Shown piece after piece: positions 9,413 through 16,558 of a DNA stretch of 21,800 nt. Under the pieces are notes generated by a model, which made no database searches, was not told the origin of the DNA, and was given only the letters and a program-made list of their open reading frames with translations. Position 1 is the first letter of the stretch; every line of letters starts with the position of its first letter. The translations under genes and the position numbers were made by a program. The DNA is from an uncultured archaeon (GTDB taxonomy: Archaea; Asgardarchaeota; Lokiarchaeia; Sigyniarchaeales; SOKP01): positions 1 through 21,800 of the forward strand of contig CAZBPC010000057.1 of the NCBI GenBank assembly GCA_964493715.1, given 5' to 3'.

Positions 9413-12091
9413 TTATTTTGATGCAGATTTTTTATCAATTATTGTGATTTGCCCCGTCGACCCATTAACCCGTAATAATTGTCCTGTTTTTATAAGAGTG
9501 GTTGCATTCACTACACTTACCACGGCGGGAATATTATGTTCCCTTGCAATAACGGCCCCATGCACCATCATCCCTCCTACTTCCATAATTAAGCCTTTAG
9601 CAATGAGAAATAGGGGCGTCCATGAGGGATCAGTTGCTGGACATACTAAAATCTCTCCTGACCTCAGTTCAGACTTATAAGGGTTATGAACTATTCGTGC
9701 ATATCCCTCTACTACTCCAGGAGAGACAGGGGAACCTATTAATAGTCCGGGTTTTTTTGAAGATAATTGTTCATCTGAAACTGAACTAGTATAAAAAACT
9801 CTACCATCATTTGCAATCACACGTGGAACCAATTTCCGCAGCTTTTCACGATCAAATGATTCCTTACGTTCCTCAATTATTTTTTTCCAATTTTGCGTTT
9901 CTTCATTTAACATTTTTTCTATTTCCTCGTAATGTATGAAAAAGACATCACTTGGTTTACTGATAATCCCGTCATTGACAAATAAACTACCTAATTTTAA
10001 GAATAAAGAATGAAAAATCCAGAACATTCGTACTAAAACGAATTTAGGATATTCCCTAAATCCCGCTAAATTTCTTATACGGTAGAAGAAAAAGTTCAAT
10101 AGTTTTGCTTTGAAATACCCAAATCGAGAATTTCTCACTAAAGAGAATAGACGATGATATGCGATATAGGTTGATTTCCTCCCCTTTTTAAATAATGAAT
10201 CAGGACTTTCATCATCAGGTAAGAGCATATATGATTTAATTGTATCTATAACTACTTTAGGTTGTTCATTCCATCTTTCTCGACCTAAGTCAATTTCTGC
10301 TAATCCGCGGAATCCATAAGCAGATATAAATTCTTTAATGCCTTTTTGAGCGATCTTAGGTAATGATTCATTTAAAAAATTCATTGTTAATTCATCGGAA
10401 TCTGTTTGTTTGAAGAGAAATAACAATTCTGGATCTTTTTTTAAAACTGCTGCTGTTTTTCCAAGCATTAAGTTCATACTTGTGGTTGGATTAAATGATA
10501 AACTTCGCGTAAATTCTAACGGAAGAGAAGTGTTTCCTGTTAAGATTGAGAGAATTGACAATGGAAGGTACCCCAATGCTATTATGGGAATTACCGAAGT
10601 TAAAACATATTTTCCTGAACGTTCCATCCATTTTGTATAAAAATTAAAGATTTCTAAAGGAGTTGTTATTTTTTGACTTTTTTGTTGTATAAGATTAACG
10701 AATTTCTCGGTGAATTGATATCTATTTTCACGCTCATTGATGGGATCCAATATCATTTTTCTAAATTGTGGTAACATGAAAATTAAAAATCTAATTAAAT
10801 GCTTTATGGCTGAAAAAGGGGGTCGTTTCTTCTTTTGAAGAAATTTCTCAGATAATAGTTGTTGGAATATTTCTAATGCAACAGGGTCTATGATTATGAG
10901 CAGCCTAGTTGCGATACTCCTAAGTCCTACATGCGTTAACGCTGATGTAAAGTCCATCCAGATTCTTTCACCATTGTGACGTAAAAACTTTTGGGTTTTA
11001 TAGGTTAGTTTAGATGCGAATAATTTTGCGACGCTTAATATGAAATGAGTAATATTATCCCTCCCGAGTGGTGTCATTGGCTCTAACATTCCTTGCACAG
11101 CACCAAACGATAGATAAACTTGAGGAGGTCCGTTTAAAAAGTCTTTAGTTAGGGGATACAGAGTAGTTACAGGTCTAGATTGAATTAAATAAAGAGTTCC
11201 ATCTGCAAAAGCCCATTCGATATCTTGCGGACTATGAAAGTAATTTTCAACTTTTTTCCCAAGAATTGTTAACTGTTTAACTTGTAATTCATCTAAACTA
11301 CTTTTTTTATGAACATCTCTAGAATCTGGTTGGATCCCACCTTCTAATTTAGGTAATATTGAAAATTTCTTTGACCCTACCTTTTGATCAATAATTTTAT
11401 TTGCTATTGTATCTATGACGTAATGATCTGGCTCAATTTGACCAGATACTAGAGCTTCTCCTAAACCGAAAGTTGCATCAATAACATATTCTGATCTTTT
11501 TTCTGTTAGTGGATTGACTGTAAAAAGTACGCCTGAAATTTCGCTCGCTATTAACTGTTGAACTACAACTGCAAGAGCAAGATTTTCGGAACTAATATGA
11601 TTAATTCTCCGATAATATATTGCACGAGCGGTAAAGAGACTACTCATACATTCAATAATTGATGGAATTAAACTCTTAGAATCTACAACATTTAAAATTG
11701 TATCATGTTGTCCTGCATAGGATAGATTTATTGTATCTTCAGTCGTTGCTGATGATCTCACTGCTACGGGTGGAGATCCCAATTTCTTATACGCATCAGA
11801 AATACCCTTGAGTAATTCTGGAGGTAGATTACACTCGGCAAAGCGATCTCGAATCGTTTTAGATAATAATTCTAATGCATTATAATCATTGGATGGACTT
11901 TCTTTTAGTTTTTCAGAGATAAATCTATCTAAATTATTTTCTTCTATAAAGAGTTTATAAAACTCTGTTGTAATAATAAACCCTGGTGGAACAGGAAATC
12001 CTGCTTTAGCCAGCAGCGCAAGATTTAATCCTTTGCCTCCCGCAAGCTCAACTGTTAAATTGTTTTCATCAAAAAATCGAATCATATTCAT
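9413..12091 (-). CDS. PEP-utilising enzyme with rifampicin-phosphotransferase (Rph)/PigC domain order
   Basis: N-terminal ATP-grasp (GGKGLNL, VAVRSSATTED, SYAGQHDT, GLGEALVSG, QDIEWA, QSRPVT), large central helical domain (YGFRGLAEIDL), C-terminal His-swivel domain (TDPSWTPLF, GGMMVHGAVIARE). Confidence 0.9.
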   Translation of the reverse strand: MNMIRFFDENNLTVELAGGKGLNLALLAKAGFPVPPGFIITTEFYKLFIEENNLDRFISEKLKESPSNDYNALELLSKTIRDRFAECNLPPELLKGISDAYKKLGSPPVAVRSSATTEDTINLSYAGQHDTILNVVDSKSLIPSIIECMSSLFTARAIYYRRINHISSENLALAVVVQQLIASEISGVLFTVNPLTEKRSEYVIDATFGLGEALVSGQIEPDHYVIDTIANKIIDQKVGSKKFSILPKLEGGIQPDSRDVHKKSSLDELQVKQLTILGKKVENYFHSPQDIEWAFADGTLYLIQSRPVTTLYPLTKDFLNGPPQVYLSFGAVQGMLEPMTPLGRDNITHFILSVAKLFASKLTYKTQKFLRHNGERIWMDFTSALTHVGLRSIATRLLIIIDPVALEIFQQLLSEKFLQKKKRPPFSAIKHLIRFLIFMLPQFRKMILDPINERENRYQFTEKFVNLIQQKSQKITTPLEIFNFYTKWMERSGKYVLTSVIPIIALGYLPLSILSILTGNTSLPLEFTRSLSFNPTTSMNLMLGKTAAVLKKDPELLFLFKQTDSDELTMNFLNESLPKIAQKGIKEFISAYGFRGLAEIDLGRERWNEQPKVVIDTIKSYMLLPDDESPDSLFKKGRKSTYIAYHRLFSLVRNSRFGYFKAKLLNFFFYRIRNLAGFREYPKFVLVRMFWIFHSLFLKLGSLFVNDGIISKPSDVFFIHYEEIEKMLNEETQNWKKIIEERKESFDREKLRKLVPRVIANDGRVFYTSSVSDEQLSSKKPGLLIGSPVSPGVVEGYARIVHNPYKSELRSGEILVCPATDPSWTPLFLIAKGLIMEVGGMMVHGAVIAREHNIPAVVSVVNATTLIKTGQLLRVNGSTGQITIIDKKSASK

Positions 12092-12214
12092 CTATGAAAT
12101 TAATTAAATGGCATAAAATTAACATTATGGCTTATGTGTCAAAAAGGTTTTAAAGAATTTATTTATAAAATAATCTGATCGTATAAGTTCACTCTTATAT
12201 TTAAAACTAGTTTA

Positions 12215-12228
12215 AAACTCTTAGTATA
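12215..12228 (+). repeat. 14-bp direct repeat aaactcttagtata (partner 13699-13712)
   Basis: Exact match read by eye; both copies are preceded by ttt(a) and followed within a few bases by caacta. Confidence 0.6.
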
Positions 12229-12284
12229 ATTCCAACTACAATATTAATAGAAAAAATTCAAAATCGCTTAAGAAATAATATAAA

Positions 12285-12393
12285 TTTTATCTCGGGTTTA
12301 TCAAAATATTGAGCAATGTTATCGTTAATGATTTTGGCTAACTCTTCAAAAGGAGGAACTTGATCATCATAAGGTACTAGGAGGAGATGCTCC
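12285..12393 (-). pseudogene. Duplicated internal fragments of the ornithine decarboxylase gene
   Basis: 12298-12378 is identical to 15550-15630 (81 bp); 12285-12297 matches 15537-15549 at 10/13; 12382-12393 (aggagatgctcc) is identical to 15825-15836. Confidence 0.9.
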
Positions 12394-12491
12394 TATGTTA
12401 ATAATTCTATAAATTTAACAGCATTTTCTTTTTGTTTATTTCAGTTTATTATTATTTGAAATTGGATTTGAGTTTCATGTTTCAAGATTTT
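12394..12491 (+). repeat. 98-bp direct repeat, copy B (partner 9205-9302)
   Basis: 84/98 identity, no gaps; begins immediately after the 12-bp ODC fragment. Confidence 0.9.
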
Positions 12492-12767
12492 GGTATCAAT
12501 ATGACATTGTAGCTTGTTGCTAATTAAAAGAAATTTTTAGTATTAAATTTTTTATTACCACTTTCATTAATTTTAGAGATCCGTAGAAAAACTTTAATAC
12601 TAGATTACATTTGCAAAATACTAATAAAGTAATGATCAAATTAAAGGGATCATATATTTAAGACGATCTCCAAAAAAGAAAATATAATATGATTTTACTT
12701 TGTAATTTTCTTATTAAATATGCATAGAAGAAATTTAGGATAAAATTTTAAGCATAAGGTGTTAAAT

Positions 12768-13700
12768 ATGTTAAAAGATATGGATATTTTAAAAAAAAGC
12801 TCAGTAATTAATACCAATAATTTATGTGATGAAATGATGAACCAGAGTAGTCAGATCATTGATAATACTCCTCTTTTAGGCTCTAACAGAATTGAATCAA
12901 ATGATGATCAAGAAAAGCTCTATGAATTTTATAATTTATCGAGGTATTATGATTTGGCATTTGAAAGAGATGCGAATCGTGATATAGAGTTTTTCAGCAG
13001 ATGTTTCAAGCGTTATTCTAATATTAATATAAAACAATTATTAGAACCAGCATGCGGACCTGGTTTATTCTTGGAACACGCACCTAAATATGGATATAAT
13101 ATCTTAGGATATGACTTAAATCCCTCTATGATTGAATTTTCTAAGGAGAGATTAGAGAAGTGTAATATCCCTAGCCATATTGCTGATGCTGTTATTGGTA
13201 ATATGGTTAATGAGAAATTTGAGAAGAAATTTGATGCTGCTTTTATATGTATCAACAGTTTAGGATATTTAAGAAAAGATGTGGATATTGAATCACATTT
13301 TCATAATATTAGTAATTCTTTGAATGATGGTGGACTTTATATAATTGAATTGAGTTGCATGTGTAATGATATAAGAAATGAGAAAAAAATTGATGATATA
13401 TGGCATGTAAGTAAAGAAGGCATAGAACTTGAGGTGCAATGGGCAATAAATTGGTATGATTTTGAGAAAAGAATTAGACACGTCGATTTTAAAATGAAAG
13501 TTAATGATAATGGGAATAGTTTCGTTGTCGAAGAATCTCATGATCTTAGACTTTGGATCTATGATGAGTTTAAAGAATTTGCTAGATCAGCTGGATTCGA
13601 AATTGTTGGAATATTTAACCAAGATTATCAAGAAGTTTCAATACATGAACCAATTACTGGTGAACTAGGAGCTTTATTCTTTATATTGAAGAAAATTTAA
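12768..13700 (+). CDS. Class I SAM-dependent methyltransferase (small-molecule type)
   Basis: LLEPACGPG (motif I), GYDLNPSMIEF, FDAAFICINSLGYL, LNDGGLYIIEL, beta-rich cap. ATG 12768 chosen from AAGGTG at 12756-12761; the track gives GTG 12759. Confidence 0.9.
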   Translation: MLKDMDILKKSSVINTNNLCDEMMNQSSQIIDNTPLLGSNRIESNDDQEKLYEFYNLSRYYDLAFERDANRDIEFFSRCFKRYSNINIKQLLEPACGPGLFLEHAPKYGYNILGYDLNPSMIEFSKERLEKCNIPSHIADAVIGNMVNEKFEKKFDAAFICINSLGYLRKDVDIESHFHNISNSLNDGGLYIIELSCMCNDIRNEKKIDDIWHVSKEGIELEVQWAINWYDFEKRIRHVDFKMKVNDNGNSFVVEESHDLRLWIYDEFKEFARSAGFEIVGIFNQDYQEVSIHEPITGELGALFFILKKI

Positions 13701-13748
13701 ACTCTTAGTATAGCAAATTCAACTAATTAACAGATTTATATATATTCT

Positions 13749-15125
13749 CTAGCTTTTTGTGTTACTTTTTTTCATTTTTTTTGAGATTTTACTTTCATTT
13801 CTTAGGGTTAGATCATAGAGCCACCTATAAACGGTAGAATTTTTCAAGTTTAATATTGGTTTAGTAGTTACTCTAACTTCTTTAATCATTGGTAACATGA
13901 CTATGACAATCACGATCCGAAAAATTCCTGAGATCAAAAATAAAAAATGATATCGGTTCATAAAAGTGATGGGGATGTAGGTAATTATGATGCTTCCTGC
14001 CAATCCTCCAATTAAAATAGCTACTCCTAATAAGACATTGTAGAAAGCAATATATGTACCCCTGTTTCTTCCTGGAATATTATCATAAATAAAATTTGAT
14101 GTTGCTAAATTAAAAGATGTCCACCCAATTCCTCCAAGCAATTGGGGTCCTAAGAGAATCCCTATTGGTGTATCGAAAAAGAGCCATAATACAGGGAGTA
14201 ATGGAATGAGAATTGCTCCAATTTGAAGTAATCGAACATTTCCAAGCTTATCTGATAATTTACCCAACAACGGAAAGATAAATAATGCAATAAAGGACGA
14301 AAACAGACTGATAATAATAAATATGGAGTAATCGAAATGTAACTCAGATAACATGTAGACAGAAAAAAATGGACCGGCAATCCATTGTCCTAATGTTAAT
14401 AAGGAAACAAATAATGTAAATTTTCCAAAGTTACTTTTTGGTATTTCCTTAATTATCGTGCTAAATTTAATATGATCAGCGACTTCAAAATAAAATGGAG
14501 GATAATAGTGTTTTGTAAAAAGTAAAGCAGAGACTCCACGTGTCAAAAACCCAAAAATGAATATCAAAATGAAACCAAACAGAATATTTCCTTGGAAATT
14601 AAACCAATCCAATAAATATGATAAGATTAAAATGCCCATTAAGGCAATCGCATTTGTTAAAAGATTACGTTTAGCAAAATATCTACCCCTGAAATTATCG
14701 GGAACTACATCTCCCATTACTGAAAACCAGGGAGGGTTCATTATCCCAGAAAATAACATGTAGAACAAAAAAAAAATTATCAAAATCCAAGGAAGAATCG
14801 TTGATAAAATTCCTAAGGAATATAATATTGCAATTATAAGGTAAAAGGGCCAAACACTTCCCATACCGATAATACCACTCATTAATACTGACTTTCTTGA
14901 ATTTTTCTCAATTCTGCGTGACCCAATAATTTGTCCTATTGGCGATAGTAAATTTCCCAGAGAGGATAGAATCCCAATTTGAAAAGGTGATGTATTAATA
15001 CTGAGTGCGAAAGGTACGATATAGTTATCAGAAAGCATGCTACTAAGTACTCCAAAAGATCCTTCTGCGATTGAAACTCGCATTGTTTTCTTTTTAAGAA
15101 TCTCATCATTATTAGGAGTATCCAT
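13749..15125 (-). CDS. MFS transporter
   Basis: About 12 TM segments, motif A-like GKLSDKLG, GDVVPDNFRGRYFA and its repeat YDNIPGRNRGTYIA. Confidence 0.92.
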   Translation of the reverse strand: MDTPNNDEILKKKTMRVSIAEGSFGVLSSMLSDNYIVPFALSINTSPFQIGILSSLGNLLSPIGQIIGSRRIEKNSRKSVLMSGIIGMGSVWPFYLIIAILYSLGILSTILPWILIIFFLFYMLFSGIMNPPWFSVMGDVVPDNFRGRYFAKRNLLTNAIALMGILILSYLLDWFNFQGNILFGFILIFIFGFLTRGVSALLFTKHYYPPFYFEVADHIKFSTIIKEIPKSNFGKFTLFVSLLTLGQWIAGPFFSVYMLSELHFDYSIFIIISLFSSFIALFIFPLLGKLSDKLGNVRLLQIGAILIPLLPVLWLFFDTPIGILLGPQLLGGIGWTSFNLATSNFIYDNIPGRNRGTYIAFYNVLLGVAILIGGLAGSIIITYIPITFMNRYHFLFLISGIFRIVIVIVMLPMIKEVRVTTKPILNLKNSTVYRWLYDLTLRNESKISKKMKKSNTKS

Positions 15126-15167
15126 TAGAAAATCAACTAATAAACTAATTAATAAATGAATAAAAAA

Positions 15168-16304
15168 TTAAGTATTAATATGGAGCACTTTTGCTGGAGG
15201 AAATCCATTAAAATGAGTAGCTGAAGCATTCGTGTAAGCACCAATATTTTCAGAATAAAGCAAATCTTCAACATCTAGATCTGGTAGTTTTTCATCAAGA
15301 GATATTTTGTCTAAAGCATCACAAGTAGGTCCTACAACCGCGCTATCCATTAGAACTCCATCCTTGAATGATTTGAAATGATACTGAATGTGATCAAAGA
15401 TAGCTCCAGAAAATGTATTATAGACCCCATCATTAATATAATAATATGTTTTACCGTTTCTTGTTGCTTTACCGTTAATTTCTGCTACCAAAGTTGCACT
15501 TGTTGCGACTAAAAAGCGTCCAGGTTCCGCAATGATTTTTATCCCCGGCTTATCAAAATATTGAGCAATGTTATCGTTAATGATTTTGGCTAACTCTTCA
15601 AAAGGAGGAACTTGATCATCATAAGGTACTGGAAATCCTCCTCCAATATCTACTATAGATAATTCATTTCCAATCTGTTTAGATTGTTCAAAAAGATCAT
15701 GGGCAATCTTAAACGCTTGGACATAATTATCAAAATTGCTGCATTGGCTACCTACATGAAAACTTAGCCCTTCTACTTTAAAACCCATCTTATTAGCATA
15801 TTTTATCAAGTCAATACAAATATCAGGAGATGCTCCAAATTTAGTTGATAATTCCACAACAGAGCCCGTGTTTGGGACATCAATTCGCAGAATTAAGCGA
15901 CTGTGTTTACAATGTTTAGCAACTTTCTCAATTTCAATATAATTATCAAACGTCATTTGAAGGAAGTAGTTATTGAGATTTTTTAAAGAATCTATACGTT
16001 TTACAGGATTCGCATATATCACGTTTTCATTCATAAAATGACTCTTCCTCTTTTGATTCCCTTCAATCACGTCATGGACGATCATGAATTCTTCCCACGA
16101 CGCAACATCGAATCCAGAACCCATTTTATACATTGTTCTAACAATTTCTGATTCTGGATTAGCTTTTATTGCGAAATAAGGTCGCACTCGAGGAAGATTT
16201 GAGCAAAAAAGGTTATAGTTATTCCTTATTATTTGATGATCAATTACCAGCGATGGAGTTCCAAATTTACTTGAAAGTTCTAACAGTTTAGACTTGTCTG
16301 TCAT
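15168..16304 (-). CDS. Ornithine (or lysine/ornithine) decarboxylase, PLP fold type III (eukaryotic-ODC-like)
   Basis: PYFAIKAN (PLP Lys), GFDVAS, IYANPVK, KFGA, SFHVGSQ, DIGGGF, AEPGRF, YYINDGVY, GPTCDALD, GAYT, FNGF. Confidence 0.93.
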   Translation of the reverse strand: MTDKSKLLELSSKFGTPSLVIDHQIIRNNYNLFCSNLPRVRPYFAIKANPESEIVRTMYKMGSGFDVASWEEFMIVHDVIEGNQKRKSHFMNENVIYANPVKRIDSLKNLNNYFLQMTFDNYIEIEKVAKHCKHSRLILRIDVPNTGSVVELSTKFGASPDICIDLIKYANKMGFKVEGLSFHVGSQCSNFDNYVQAFKIAHDLFEQSKQIGNELSIVDIGGGFPVPYDDQVPPFEELAKIINDNIAQYFDKPGIKIIAEPGRFLVATSATLVAEINGKATRNGKTYYYINDGVYNTFSGAIFDHIQYHFKSFKDGVLMDSAVVGPTCDALDKISLDEKLPDLDVEDLLYSENIGAYTNASATHFNGFPPAKVLHINT

Positions 16305-16486
16305 AATATTTTATTTTCGTGAATTTGCATGAACTAATATTACATGGTAAAAAACTTTTTCCACTTAGTAGAAAGGATAAAAAAGCAAATGAATTTTAGG
16401 AGTCCATTTCCCTACAAGTTTACTACTTAAATCCTATAATCATTACCCTTATCGGGTTATTTAAGAGCGTTTTCGAATTTGTTCAA

Positions 16487-16503
16487 AATGAATGAGATTC
16501 ATT
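16487..16503. promoter_or_regulatory. Perfect 7-3-7 inverted repeat AATGAAT-gag-ATTCATT, possible operator
   Basis: Read directly; lies in the divergent intergenic region between the ODC and SIR2-TPR genes. Confidence 0.35.
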
Positions 16504-16558
16504 AACTTTTTAACATTGTATTCGTTTTTTCTTAAAAAAATTAAAGAAATATCTCATA

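Noticed and set aside
9413-12091. Calling the gene ppsA or rph
   Set aside because: Domain order excludes canonical PEP synthase, and rifamycin specificity cannot be established from sequence by eye.
12379-12410. Apparent continuation of ODC homology (IINIGASPP vs IVDIGGGFP) with a frameshift
   Set aside because: These bases are better explained by the exact 12-bp ODC piece and the start of the 98-bp repeat; the peptide resemblance is probably coincidental.
12441-12443. In-frame TGA in repeat copy B as selenocysteine
   Set aside because: It aligns with Leu (TTA) in copy A, not Cys, and the frame has no ATG start or redox motif.
9205-12491. CRISPR array or IS element
   Set aside because: Only two long imperfect copies 3.2 kb apart; no repeat-spacer periodicity, cas gene, transposase or terminal inverted repeats.
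12285-15630. ODC fragment/ODC pair as a DGR template/variable repeat
   Set aside because: No reverse transcriptase in the window, the 81-bp core has no mismatches, one of the three flanking mismatches is not at adenine, and the target is an internal enzyme segment.
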